Shown here one piece after another: positions 9,449 to 19,490 of a stretch of 64,000 nucleotides of DNA; the stretch's first letter is position 1, and each line of letters starts with the position of its first letter. Source of the stretch: a virus (Duplodnaviria > Caudoviricetes); the IMG/VR virus record IMGVR_UViG_3300025018_000141, positions 1 to 64,000 of that record; one strand, written 5' to 3'. A program made the position numbers and the translations under genes. A model generated the notes under the pieces. The model had not been told where the DNA came from. It made no database searches and saw nothing but the letters and a program-made list of their open reading frames with translations.

Positions 9449-9532
9449 TCTGGTTTGATAGTTGTCTAGCTGACGGAGCAAAAACAAACTGTAAACGCCC
9501 CTTCGTTTACTGCTCCTACAACAATAAGGGCA

Positions 9533-9569
9533 TGGTTAAGGAGTTGCCAAACTTGCTTAACCACTTTTT
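9533..9569 (+). terminator. Terminator after MCP
   Basis: TGGTTAAG/CTTAACCA stem + T5; preceded by a GGAGCA/TGCTCC hairpin. Confidence 0.6.
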
Positions 9570-9575
9570 ACTATT

Positions 9576-9962
9576 ATGGGAAATATTGTAATTACAGAAC
9601 AAGGAAAAATAAGAAATTTCGATGATATACAATTTGCAGAAAGCATTATTAAGAAGAGAAATAATAAAGATCCATGGTCTGTCATTGACGATCTAGTGAG
9701 AAATTGGGCAGAACGCGCGCCTGAGAATGTAAAGGCAATCATGGTAAATGTTGACCAATACCGCGAACAGATTAAAGATAAAAAATATGGTCAAACATTT
9801 GATGGAAAAGATATGGAGCGGCGCTTTACTTTATCATTTCCGTATGATTTAATGTTATTAATAAGGAGTCAATATACTACTGAGGAACTACCCTTTGACA
9901 AAGGCTTTTATAAAGAGTTTGGGAAGCGCTATCCAGCATTTAAAGTTGCACAAAAAATATGA
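9576..9962 (+). CDS. Hypothetical protein
   Basis: 128-aa ORF after MCP. Confidence 0.65.
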   Translation: MGNIVITEQGKIRNFDDIQFAESIIKKRNNKDPWSVIDDLVRNWAERAPENVKAIMVNVDQYREQIKDKKYGQTFDGKDMERRFTLSFPYDLMLLIRSQYTTEELPFDKGFYKEFGKRYPAFKVAQKI

Positions 9963-10276
9963 CAAATTACGTTAATCAACTAGAAAGAGAATACTTCGTT
10001 CGAAAGCTCGGAGAAACTCACGCAAATACTGTTCCGTTTAATTATATTAAGCGGAAATATATGGTGGAATTTTTAGGAGAAACTATTCCTTCTCATGTTC
10101 ATTTAAATGAAATAGAAAAGCGTTGGCTACGGAAAGTAATAACTGATGCAGAAGACACAATACAGGATCCTGATAGTATAGAAAGTCTTTGGGTTGGCGC
10201 GGTTATGTCAATTGGAGAAGTGCCTTCTAAATACGAAAATGATAACAAAATAAAGTTTTTTAAGAATGCTGCGTAA
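9959..10276 (+). CDS. Hypothetical protein
   Basis: ATGA overlap, 105 aa. Confidence 0.6.
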   Translation: MTNYVNQLEREYFVRKLGETHANTVPFNYIKRKYMVEFLGETIPSHVHLNEIEKRWLRKVITDAEDTIQDPDSIESLWVGAVMSIGEVPSKYENDNKIKFFKNAA

Positions 10277-10282
10277 AAAGAG

Positions 10283-10312
10283 TTGACAAAGTTGTTTTTA
10301 GTTTAATAGTAT
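10283..10312 (+). promoter_or_regulatory. Promoter of glycosylation island, 18-bp spacer
   Basis: TTGACA 10283-10288, TAGTAT 10307-10312. Confidence 0.65.
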
Positions 10313-10332
10313 GAAATGGAGGTGTATACATT

Positions 10333-10458
10333 ATGATAAAATTTGATTTACTCACAAACAAAGTAACAGAAGCGACTATTAGAAAACTCGCCAATGCCAT
10401 CAAACATCCATTTAAGGCTGGAAAACCTAGCACTAAATTTGGTGGATTTATAAAATAA
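10333..10458 (+). CDS. Small basic protein, 41 aa (not in ORF track)
   Basis: SD GGAGGTG 8 nt upstream; MIKFDLLTNKVTEATIRKLANAIKHPFKAGKPSTKFGGFIK. Confidence 0.55.
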   Translation: MIKFDLLTNKVTEATIRKLANAIKHPFKAGKPSTKFGGFIK

Positions 10459-10483
10459 AAAAATAAATCCCTTTAAAAACGGT

Positions 10484-13400
10484 ATGGAAAATAAATCTTT
10501 TCTTTATCTCAATATGATCGTCAAACACGACGAACCAATTGAGATGGTAAAACGATCAATAGATTCAATCAAAGATTATGTAGACGATATTTATATTACC
10601 GTTACGTATGATGATAAAAAACTTCCTTCTTCTCACCCACTTCTTAAACTTTTAAAAGAATACAAAACAAACATTACTCAATTCCAGTGGGTTGATGACT
10701 TTGCCGCTGCACGACAATATGCCCTAGAACAGGTTCCGCAAGGCGACAACCACTTTGTATACTGGCATGATGCCGATGATGTTCTTGAGGGCTCAGAAAA
10801 GATTCCTCTTATTATAAAAGACATGGCTTCCCTCAATCATTCTTCAGTATTTTTAGACTATTGGTATCTTGTGGATTATGACGAAAATGGGAAGGTATTT
10901 GATGTGGTTGTAAAGCAAACAAGAGAACGGATTATTCGAAATAATAATACATTTAAATGGATTGGAGAATTACACGAAACTCTTATTGAACAAAGATCGG
11001 AAAATATTGTGAAGGTTGAACGAGAAGATTGTATTGTTGTTCATCATTCTAATGCAGATCGAGGAGATATGAATATTGCAAGAAATGTACGAATTCTTGA
11101 AAAGATGCTTACTAAACAAAAGGGTAAAGATCCAAGAACTCTTATTTATCTTGCAAAAGGATATTATGATTTTGCTCGCATGACCAAGGGAGATGAAAGT
11201 AAAAGTTACTATAATAAAGCCCTAAAACTCTTCTATGCATACCTTGAGGGGCATGGAGAAGAAGGGAAAGAGGGATATATTGTTCCATCTGGCTGGAGAG
11301 AAGAGCGCGCGACCGCATGGGGACATGTTGCTGAAATTGCTGTAATACAGAAAGAGCCAACAATTGCCATTGAGGCATATGAAAAAGCAATGCACGAAGC
11401 CCCAGAGTTTCCAAGCTACTATATAGATTTAGCATCTGTGTACGTTATGTTGGGAGACTATAAAAAAGCAAAACAATATCTTCTTCTTGGAAGCGCAACC
11501 CCTGAACCAAAAACAACAATTGTTACTTATCCAAAAGAACTTAAAAAGAGAGCGCTACAAGTAAGTATAGATGTTTCACTTCATGAGCAAAATTTAGATA
11601 AGGCTCACGCATCGGCTAAAATGTTAGTTGAGATGTTGCCCTATGAGGACTATCCAAAAGAAACATTAGAAGAAATAGAGAGGCTTATTGAATTTAACAG
11701 AGCTTGTCAATCGGTTGTATTTTTAGGAAAGTTTTTGGAGAAGAGAAAAAAGACAAAAGAGCTTGGTAAATTAGTGGAATCTATTCCATCTGAGATGCAC
11801 CAAGAAAAGTTTGCAACTGAAATGAGACATCGATTCCTTCCTCCTCGAATTTGGGGAGAAGATGAAATCACTATTCTTTGTGGGCCAGGATGGGAGAAGT
11901 GGAGTCCAAAGAGCGTGACAACGGGAATTGGAGGTTCGGAAGAGGCGGTAGTAAGACTTTCGAAAGAACTTGCAAAGCTTGGGTGGAAGGTAACAGTATA
12001 TGGCGATCCAAGAGATGATGCTGGGGAATATGCTGGAGTGACATATAAACCATGGAATGATATTAATGCAAAGGATGGATTTAATACTCTTATATTATGG
12101 AGATCTGTTGGCTTTGTTGATGTAAATCCCAAATCTAAATTTACTATGTTGTGGCTCCACGATGTTCCAAATAACCCAGAGTTTACAGAGGAACGGTTAA
12201 ATAAAATAGACAAGATTGCTGTTCTTTCTGAATATCACAAGAGTCTTTTGAGAATGAATAAAAATGGAGTATATAAAGTTATTCCCGATCATAAAATATT
12301 CGTAACATCAAATGGAATCTCTGATATTAATATTAAAAAATGGAAAGGTGATTCCAAAAAGATAGCTTACATTTCTTCACCAGATCGAGGACTTATATAT
12401 TTACTAAATAATTGGGGAAAGATTATAAAAGAAGTTCCCAATGCAACGCTTGACGTCTATTATGGATTTGATGTGTTTGATACCTTGAATAAAGACAACC
12501 CAGAAAGAATGAAATTTAAAAACAAAATAATGAGCTTAATGCGACAAGATGGCATTACATATCATGGAAGAATCGGACACGATGCTCTTCATTATCAACT
12601 ATCAAGAACTGGTATTTGGGCATACCCGACTGATTTTGAAGAAATATCGTGTCACCCTGCTGGAACAAGGGTTACGACAAAAAGAGGAGAGGTAAATATT
12701 GAAGATATCTTAATAGAAGATAAAGTTCTTACGCATACTGGAAAATATAATAGTATTAATAAAATAATGCGAAGAAGACATAATGGACATATGATAGAAA
12801 TTAGTGTTCAATCTGGAGATAAATTAGAGCTAACACCAGAGCACCCCCTTTATATTATTAATGGGAAAAGTAGTTGGAGAAGTTTTAATGACATTAAAGG
12901 GGCTGAGCCACAATGGATAGAGGCAAAAAATATTACGATTAATGATTGTGTGTTGTTCCCAAGATATAAGTCAAAAACCTCAAAAGTATTTCATATACCA
13001 ATAGCACATCGACAAAATAATTTTTTTACCACAGACAATCCCGTTCCTGAAAAAATAGATGTTACACCAGAACTCAGCTGGTGGCTTGGATACTTTGCGG
13101 GGGATGGTACTGCCTTAATCAAAACAGGAAAAGTAGGAGTATTGGTTGCAAACAGTCATCCCGAACATATAAGGCCCGTTCTTGATGGATTTTCCGCATT
13201 TGGGATAGAAGTAAAGTCTCGCAAATTAAGAGGTTGTGTCGAATATTATATCCAAAGTTATCGTCTAGCAAAGGTTCTTCGTTCTTTATACTATGACAAT
13301 AATAAAAAAATGTTATCTGAACATGCCATGAATCAATATGGATTGAATGGAATCTTAGCAGCAGATGGACACAAAAATGAAAGAACAAGCATCTTTACAA

Positions 13401-13996
13401 ACACTTCGTTGAGGCTTATTGGTCAAGTGCGCCAATTATTATCTGAAATAGGAATTTCTGGAAGAGTCACTCCACGAATACATAAGAATGGGAATAAAAG
13501 CTATTCGATTGGGTGGACAACTCAGCCAAGGGCTCTATTTTATGGGGTTTCAGATGATTATATTATTAAAAGAATAGCAGATATTAAATTTAATGATTTT
13601 GAAGGAGATGTCTATAATCTTGAGGTGGAAAATGACAACTCTTATGTCTCTAACGGACACATTGTACATAATTGCATTTCAGCAATGAAAGCACAAGCCT
13701 GCGGAGCCATTCCTGTTGTGACAAATTATGCAGCGCTTCAGGAGACAGTAAGAAATGGACTCAAAGTTGATGTTGACATTACTATGGAAGAGGGTCAAGA
13801 TAAATATGTAAAGGCAATCGTGGGGCTTCTTAAAGATGAAAAGAAACAAAAGGAGATACGAGAAAATATGATGACATGGGCAATGGACTATTTTCAATGG
13901 AAGCACGTAGCTGCAACTTGGGATACTCTATTTAGAGTAAAGGTCCAAAACCCAGAAAAGCGATTAGAAATTATTGAACAAAAGGAGGAGAAATAA
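10484..13996 (+). CDS. Multidomain glycosyltransferase: GT2 + TPR-like helices + GT4, intein-containing
   Basis: LNMIVK, FAAARQ, WHDADD (GT2); GIGGSEEA, YISSPDRGL, YPTDFEEIS|CISAMKAQACG (GT4). Confidence 0.9.
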   Translation: MENKSFLYLNMIVKHDEPIEMVKRSIDSIKDYVDDIYITVTYDDKKLPSSHPLLKLLKEYKTNITQFQWVDDFAAARQYALEQVPQGDNHFVYWHDADDVLEGSEKIPLIIKDMASLNHSSVFLDYWYLVDYDENGKVFDVVVKQTRERIIRNNNTFKWIGELHETLIEQRSENIVKVEREDCIVVHHSNADRGDMNIARNVRILEKMLTKQKGKDPRTLIYLAKGYYDFARMTKGDESKSYYNKALKLFYAYLEGHGEEGKEGYIVPSGWREERATAWGHVAEIAVIQKEPTIAIEAYEKAMHEAPEFPSYYIDLASVYVMLGDYKKAKQYLLLGSATPEPKTTIVTYPKELKKRALQVSIDVSLHEQNLDKAHASAKMLVEMLPYEDYPKETLEEIERLIEFNRACQSVVFLGKFLEKRKKTKELGKLVESIPSEMHQEKFATEMRHRFLPPRIWGEDEITILCGPGWEKWSPKSVTTGIGGSEEAVVRLSKELAKLGWKVTVYGDPRDDAGEYAGVTYKPWNDINAKDGFNTLILWRSVGFVDVNPKSKFTMLWLHDVPNNPEFTEERLNKIDKIAVLSEYHKSLLRMNKNGVYKVIPDHKIFVTSNGISDINIKKWKGDSKKIAYISSPDRGLIYLLNNWGKIIKEVPNATLDVYYGFDVFDTLNKDNPERMKFKNKIMSLMRQDGITYHGRIGHDALHYQLSRTGIWAYPTDFEEISCHPAGTRVTTKRGEVNIEDILIEDKVLTHTGKYNSINKIMRRRHNGHMIEISVQSGDKLELTPEHPLYIINGKSSWRSFNDIKGAEPQWIEAKNITINDCVLFPRYKSKTSKVFHIPIAHRQNNFFTTDNPVPEKIDVTPELSWWLGYFAGDGTALIKTGKVGVLVANSHPEHIRPVLDGFSAFGIEVKSRKLRGCVEYYIQSYRLAKVLRSLYYDNNKKMLSEHAMNQYGLNGILAADGHKNERTSIFTNTSLRLIGQVRQLLSEIGISGRVTPRIHKNGNKSYSIGWTTQPRALFYGVSDDYIIKRIADIKFNDFEGDVYNLEVENDNSYVSNGHIVHNCISAMKAQACGAIPVVTNYAALQETVRNGLKVDVDITMEEGQDKYVKAIVGLLKDEKKQKEIRENMMTWAMDYFQWKHVAATWDTLFRVKVQNPEKRLEIIEQKEEK
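12650..13672 (+). mobile_element. Intein (341 aa) with LAGLIDADG-type endonuclease domain
   Basis: Starts CHPAGTRV, block B LTPEHP, WWLGYFAGDG, VYNLEVENDNSYVSNGHIVHN followed by Cys+1. Confidence 0.93.
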
Positions 13997-13997
13997 T

Positions 13998-14198
13998 ATG
14001 CAATTTGGAGAAAAAGACTCAACAAAAGGGAATTGTCCGATTTGTGGAAAAGTAGTACTTAAGCGAACAACAAGAGGAAAAATAGAATACTGTTCGCGCG
14101 TATGTGCGTCACAAGTACGGTATGCAACCCGATACAAAGGATCAAGTTCTGGTCCTGCTGATCGACCAAGTATGGTGAGTAAAACCGTAGATTATTAA
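13998..14198 (+). CDS. Small Zn-finger protein
   Basis: SD GGAGG; CPICG...YCSRVC. Confidence 0.6.
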   Translation: MQFGEKDSTKGNCPICGKVVLKRTTRGKIEYCSRVCASQVRYATRYKGSSSGPADRPSMVSKTVDY

Positions 14199-14220
14199 TA
14201 TTATTATTATTAGAAAGTAG

Positions 14221-14607
14221 GTGAAATATATGAAAGTTAAAAAAATAAATCCAGAATGGCAACCTATTGAAAATAGAGGTTTGAAGGTTGGGGAAGTAAT
14301 TGAAATTACAGATCCAAGGGCTCTTATTGTCAACGGAGACGTTGTTGGAGTTGGAGAGGATGGCGAAGAACTTACTGCGCTAGATCTTTATGATGTGATC
14401 ACGGGATCAGATAAAGAAGAATTTTTGAAATTTCAAGCAATGAAAAAGCAAGAAGGAATCAAAAAACATCTTGAAAAAGAAAAAGAAGAATTAGAAAAGC
14501 AACTCGAAGAAACAAAGGCTGTAGCCGCTGAAAAAGACATAACTGTCTTAAATGAAAAGCCAGTAGATACTAAGAAAGTATCACCATTCAAAAAAGGAAA
14601 AAAATGA
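14221..14607 (+). CDS. Hypothetical protein, coiled-coil C-terminus
   Basis: 128-aa ORF in operon. Confidence 0.6.
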   Translation: MKYMKVKKINPEWQPIENRGLKVGEVIEITDPRALIVNGDVVGVGEDGEELTALDLYDVITGSDKEEFLKFQAMKKQEGIKKHLEKEKEELEKQLEETKAVAAEKDITVLNEKPVDTKKVSPFKKGKK

Positions 14608-15353
14608 AAAAAATAGGGTCTATAACACCAATTTGGAATCAAGAGTTGTTTGTTAAGCCTCATTTTGACATGTTGAAGCGAGGAGTGGATCGATCTATTG
14701 TTTTAGTGCAAAGCGGTCCACTACCTTCATACAAAAATGAACATGGATATTCTACCAAGGCAGACGCAACACAATTTGTTCTCGAAGAATATTTTCCAAA
14801 TGTAGAGGTTTACAACAGCGAATATCCAATTCAAATGGACTTTCGTGGAGAACTATATAATGAGGGTCTTTCTATGATGGAGGAATGCGACATTGTTTTA
14901 CGACTTGATCCCGATATGTTATTTACTGATCGCGATTTCGATCAGTTTGTTGAGTTTGTCCAAAATAATGATGCAGAAGCATACAGAATGGATTTTAGAT
15001 CAGATTCAATAAATTACTATATGACGGGAGACTTTGATCATGGTCTAAAAGATGCACAAGAAGATGATGCGCTTGCGGTTAGTCCAAAGAAGCGGTTTAC
15101 AGGAATATTGGATTATACGGGTGAAAGTCGTGTAATTAAGATAGAAAATTGGATGTGTCATCATTTTAGGGGATGGAATAAACCAAAATCAACTCCATCA
15201 AATTGGGCAAAAGACATTGTGCAAGAAGAATATGTAAAGGAGTTTTGGGATAAGAATAATAAATGTTGGTACAAAGCCCCAAAAGAAATTAAAAAGAAAA
15301 TGAAAAAATGGTTAAAAGAATTAGAACAAATTAAAGAAGATTTTAAAATATGA
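14604..15353 (+). CDS. GT-A fold glycosyltransferase (putative)
   Basis: GSITPIWN, LRLDPDM DxD-like motif. Confidence 0.6.
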   Translation: MKKIGSITPIWNQELFVKPHFDMLKRGVDRSIVLVQSGPLPSYKNEHGYSTKADATQFVLEEYFPNVEVYNSEYPIQMDFRGELYNEGLSMMEECDIVLRLDPDMLFTDRDFDQFVEFVQNNDAEAYRMDFRSDSINYYMTGDFDHGLKDAQEDDALAVSPKKRFTGILDYTGESRVIKIENWMCHHFRGWNKPKSTPSNWAKDIVQEEYVKEFWDKNNKCWYKAPKEIKKKMKKWLKELEQIKEDFKI

Positions 15354-15580
15354 AACAAGACAAAACGTCACTAATAGACTCATTAATTAAAGAGCTCCAT
15401 GATTTAAAAAATATGAAGGCAGGCTCGGTTCATGAGGAATGGAAGATTGGGTATGAAGAGGGGCTTCTTTATACATTGGGATTAGTTCTCGATGGAGAGA
15501 AGATACCATTTGTAGGGGAAAAATGGATTATTCTCGACTGGGAAGGAAAGGTGTTAAAATATACTAAAAACACCAAATGA
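15350..15580 (+). CDS. Hypothetical protein
   Basis: ATGA overlaps on both sides. Confidence 0.55.
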   Translation: MKQDKTSLIDSLIKELHDLKNMKAGSVHEEWKIGYEEGLLYTLGLVLDGEKIPFVGEKWIILDWEGKVLKYTKNTK

Positions 15581-16581
15581 AAATACTCGTAACTGGCGTA
15601 GCAGGTTTTATTGGATCACACCTGGCAGAATATCTTCTTAATCAGGGACACGAAGTATATGGTATTGATAATCTTTCTATTGGGAAAAGACATAACGTTC
15701 CAAAAGGAATAAAATTTACCCAGGTTGATATGAGAGATACTGAAGTGATGGATTTATACATTCACTCACATAAGCCTGAAGTAATCTTTCATCTTGCTTG
15801 TTGGGCTCACGAAGGGCTTTCTCAGTTTATGCCAATCCTTATAACAGAAAATAATTATAATGCCTTTTTAAACCTTATTGTTCCTGCAATAAAGACTGGA
15901 ATGAAGCGAATAGTTGTATGCTCCTCAATGTCGGTCTACGGTGGTCAAAATCCGCCATTTAACGAGGATATGGAGCGAAAACCAGTAGATATCTATGCTA
16001 TTGCAAAGACTGCCATGGAAGAGGCAACAGAGGTGCTCTCCGACGTTCATGGGTTTGACTACACAATTATAAGACCACACAACGTTTATGGACCAAAACA
16101 AATACTGTGGGATCCCTATCGAAATGTCGCGGGAATATTTATGAATAGAATTCTTAATGGAAAATCTCCAATTATTTATGGAGATGGAGAACAAACTCGA
16201 GCGTTCTCATATATAGACGATGTTGTTCCCTATTTGGCAAAGGCTGGGTTTATTGAAGAGACGAAGGGTGAAATTATCAATATTGGGCCACTGGAACAAT
16301 TTACTATAAATGAATTAGTCAATGAAATATTAAAAGCATTTGGATCAGATTTAAAGCCAGAACATTTTCCCGATAGACCAAAGGAAGTAAAGCACGCCTA
16401 CTGTACAAACTACAAAGCAGAAAAACTACTTGGGTACAAAACTTCAGTATCACTTGCAGAGGGAATTAAAAAAATGGCAGAATGGGCAAAGACTATTGGA
16501 CCGCAGAAATTTGAATACCTAGATAGTTTAGAGCTAACGGGGGATAATATTCCTAAAACATGGAAAGATAGATTGATGTAG
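15577..16581 (+). CDS. NAD-dependent NDP-sugar epimerase/dehydratase
   Basis: GVAGFIG Rossmann motif, YAIAK catalytic motif, RPHNVYGP. Confidence 0.92.
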   Translation: MKILVTGVAGFIGSHLAEYLLNQGHEVYGIDNLSIGKRHNVPKGIKFTQVDMRDTEVMDLYIHSHKPEVIFHLACWAHEGLSQFMPILITENNYNAFLNLIVPAIKTGMKRIVVCSSMSVYGGQNPPFNEDMERKPVDIYAIAKTAMEEATEVLSDVHGFDYTIIRPHNVYGPKQILWDPYRNVAGIFMNRILNGKSPIIYGDGEQTRAFSYIDDVVPYLAKAGFIEETKGEIINIGPLEQFTINELVNEILKAFGSDLKPEHFPDRPKEVKHAYCTNYKAEKLLGYKTSVSLAEGIKKMAEWAKTIGPQKFEYLDSLELTGDNIPKTWKDRLM

Positions 16582-16620
16582 CAGATAGACAATTATCAAT
16601 AAGTTTTATATAGTATACAT

Positions 16621-17412
16621 ATGAAAATACTGTTTGTGTATGATCATCAATATCCAGAGTTATGGAAAGATGGACTTTGGGCTGCTCTAAACCTACTTGA
16701 AAAACGTGAATTTGAAATAGAAAAATATAATCTCAGAGATCATCCTGACGGCGACCACCCACAGCCATCAGATTATGACTTCGTATTAGGGTGGGGCGGC
16801 TTTAATTCCCCAGTAGAACGCCTTATTAGGGAATGGAAATGTAAGAAGGGGCTTTGTATTGGAGGAAACGCTTTTCCTCCCGACTCACAAGATAGCTATG
16901 ATGTATTATTTTATGAAACAAATTGGTATATTCCTCAGATTTTTAATCATAAAAATATTGTTCACGCGTTTGGAGTAAATATTAGTGCATATTTTGAAGA
17001 GAGAAGACCCTCATTTCTTTGGGACTACACAACAGTTGGTGCATTTGCCGATTGGAAGAGACTTGGATTAATGAAAAATAAAGTGGGACACAAACTTGCA
17101 ATTGGAGAGATACAAAAGGATAACATGCAGGAATCTGGCAGAATCATTAGTGATCTGCTAACTGATAACATTATGATTTCTGATATGGTACCAGTAGAAC
17201 AATTGTGTAAAATTTATAATGCATCTAGACGCGTGTATATTCCAGCAGATATTAATGGTGGCGGAGAACGAGCAGTTTTAGAAGCTCGTGCATGTGGAAG
17301 GCCAGTTGAGGTTGAGTTTGATAATCCAAAACTTCGAGAACTACAAAATTCTATTATTTGGAGTCATTACTACTATGCCGACCAATTACAATTAGGAATA
17401 TTATCTACATAA
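16621..17412 (+). CDS. GT4-like glycosyltransferase
   Basis: GGGERAVLEARACG. Confidence 0.75.
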   Translation: MKILFVYDHQYPELWKDGLWAALNLLEKREFEIEKYNLRDHPDGDHPQPSDYDFVLGWGGFNSPVERLIREWKCKKGLCIGGNAFPPDSQDSYDVLFYETNWYIPQIFNHKNIVHAFGVNISAYFEERRPSFLWDYTTVGAFADWKRLGLMKNKVGHKLAIGEIQKDNMQESGRIISDLLTDNIMISDMVPVEQLCKIYNASRRVYIPADINGGGERAVLEARACGRPVEVEFDNPKLRELQNSIIWSHYYYADQLQLGILST

Positions 17413-17437
17413 TGAAAAAGAAATTGAGTGATAAATT

Positions 17438-17581
17438 ATGAAAACAACCTGTTTAATTTGTCAAATAGAATTTAAAACATATCCATCAAGGATTAAAAAA
17501 GGAAGGAATAAATATTGTCATAGAAAGTCTGACACTTTTGGCGGACGCGTTAAGAGCACACAGGAGGTGCAATATGCTTAA
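17438..17581 (+). pseudogene. N-terminal Zn-finger remnant of an HNH-type endonuclease (47 aa)
   Basis: MKTTCLICQIEFKTYPSRIKKGRNKYCH, then runs off into the next gene's SD. Confidence 0.45.
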
Positions 17582-18131
17582 AACTAAGTTGAATTTAGGA
17601 AGTTCCTTGCCACCTATACATAAACAACATCTTGAGGTTATGAGTGACTACAGCAACTGGCAACTAGTTGACCTCTTTATCGATCATCCAGAGGTTATGA
17701 AGATGGATGCAACAAAATTAGATGAGGTTGAAGATGGGTATTTGGAGCATATCTATGCTTCACATTTACTGGAGCACATTTCTCACAGAGACGTGCCGAG
17801 AGTGCTAAGGCTCTGGTATAGTAAATTAAAAAAGGGTGGTATTTTAACTCTTAATGTTCCTGACATGGAATGGGCTGCACGACAGGTAATAAAGTTTGAG
17901 AATATGCAACCCCTAGATAGTAATGTTTATACGACATTTGAGGGAAACAATGGAATTCAGTCTGTTATCTATGGCACTCACGCGCATGACGGAGAGATCC
18001 ATAAATCAGGCTACACGAAGACTTCGCTTGAGATGATGTTATGTGGCGCGGGGTTTGAAGATATTAGTATTTCTAAGGTATACGAGGCGCACGATATGTC
18101 TTGTCTAATTGCGGAGGCGATAAAAAAATGA
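17574..18131 (+). CDS. Class I SAM methyltransferase (type 11-like)
   Basis: KLNLGS, YASHLLEH, LKKGGIL; SD GGAGGT favours ATG 17574. Confidence 0.85.
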   Translation: MLKTKLNLGSSLPPIHKQHLEVMSDYSNWQLVDLFIDHPEVMKMDATKLDEVEDGYLEHIYASHLLEHISHRDVPRVLRLWYSKLKKGGILTLNVPDMEWAARQVIKFENMQPLDSNVYTTFEGNNGIQSVIYGTHAHDGEIHKSGYTKTSLEMMLCGAGFEDISISKVYEAHDMSCLIAEAIKK

Positions 18132-18343
18132 CAGACGCACCTGATTTCTTTAAAGAAATCTTTGGACAGTATACGGGGGAGAAGCAATACGACAAGGCTT
18201 CGTATCGATGTAATAAGTGTCGATATGAGCTTGATAGAATAGTTGTTCAAGACATTTCACAAAAATCAAAGAAGCTTTTCTTTTGTAAGAATAATAAGTG
18301 TATTAGGTTTGGGTTGCTCACAGTAGTTGCAAAAACAAAATGA
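18128..18343 (+). CDS. Small Zn-ribbon protein
   Basis: CNKC...CKNNKC; ATGA overlaps. Confidence 0.55.
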   Translation: MTDAPDFFKEIFGQYTGEKQYDKASYRCNKCRYELDRIVVQDISQKSKKLFFCKNNKCIRFGLLTVVAKTK

Positions 18344-18945
18344 AAATCTCAATAATAATCCCCTACTATGAATCAGATAAAGACAAACCAGCGGTCCTGC
18401 AAAGGCTCACGGATTCCCTCATAGGACAAGATGAAATAATTATATCTGCAAACGTTAAGGAGGGTTATGCAATACCTATTAATCGTGGGTTGAGAATTGC
18501 ACATGGAGACTATCTCATTGTCATGAATGACGACTTAATATTGAGAAAAGGATCATTAACAGATCTCTGTGACCCCAATTTTGTTACTTCTCCCAGAATT
18601 GATGGGCAAAAACAAGACTTCTGGGGTTGCTGTTTCTGTCTGCCGCGGTGGGTGTATGAGACCATAGGAGGCTTGGATGAAAGATATAGGATCAGCTACT
18701 GGGACGATGACGATTGGGAGGCTACATTATTGAAAAATGAGATTCCATATAAATCGATGCCTCTTGTTAATTTTGAAAATAGAGATGGCGGGGGAAGGAC
18801 GTTACATACCTTTCCAGATCATAATGAGTTCTTTAAAGAAAACAAACTTAAATTCATTGAAAAATGGGGATACGAACCAAATATATTAAAACAATTTTAT
18901 AAGCAACACAAACGACTACCTAAGAAGGGTGAGATTTTGATTTAG
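18340..18945 (+). CDS. GT2 glycosyltransferase
   Basis: ISIIIP, INRGLRIA, VMNDD, GGLDERY. Confidence 0.88.
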   Translation: MKISIIIPYYESDKDKPAVLQRLTDSLIGQDEIIISANVKEGYAIPINRGLRIAHGDYLIVMNDDLILRKGSLTDLCDPNFVTSPRIDGQKQDFWGCCFCLPRWVYETIGGLDERYRISYWDDDDWEATLLKNEIPYKSMPLVNFENRDGGGRTLHTFPDHNEFFKENKLKFIEKWGYEPNILKQFYKQHKRLPKKGEILI

Positions 18946-19416
18946 TGCCTCATGCTCTTTTCCGTGACAACTAGAACATAGGATGATTAAGTTCTCAATA
19001 TTATTATTGAATACATTTTTATCCTTATGATGAACAATAAGTTTTTCTGTAACATGACAAAGGATACAAATTCTTGGTATTTTCAAACGTTTTACCTTGT
19101 CATGAGCATTGGTCCTAGATCGAGTTTCTAGTTTTTGGGTTTTCTTTGCCCTATCTATAACTAATTGTTTATGAGAATTATAATATTTCAATTTAGATGC
19201 CTTACCATTTTCTGATCGATTATATTTATTAGCAGAAATTCTTCGTTTATTTGTTTTCTGATAACGAAGCAAGCAAGCTTTTCTTTTAGGAGATTGTCTA
19301 TATTTTTTATGACTATCTTTTCTAGCAAGACCACTTGATCTGCACTCAGCGCAATATAAAGTTTTTCCCTTCTTAATAAATTCTGACGGGCAAATTTTAC
19401 ATTTGATTTTTTCCAT
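18916..19416 (-). CDS. Free-standing HNH endonuclease, antisense in GT island
   Basis: CKIC...CAEC; CILC...VHHKDKNVFNNNIENLIILCSSCH. Confidence 0.9.
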   Translation of the reverse strand: MEKIKCKICPSEFIKKGKTLYCAECRSSGLARKDSHKKYRQSPKRKACLLRYQKTNKRRISANKYNRSENGKASKLKYYNSHKQLVIDRAKKTQKLETRSRTNAHDKVKRLKIPRICILCHVTEKLIVHHKDKNVFNNNIENLIILCSSCHGKEHEALNQNLTLLR

Positions 19417-19423
19417 ACAATTG

Positions 19424-19452
19424 ATTATACTAGATGACGATGATTAAGTCAA
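19424..19452 (-). promoter_or_regulatory. Promoter for leaderless HNH mRNA
   Basis: TTGACT-17-TATAAT-7 nt-ATG. Confidence 0.75.
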
Positions 19453-19490
19453 TGATTAAATTAAAATTTTGATAAAATTAGTATATACAA

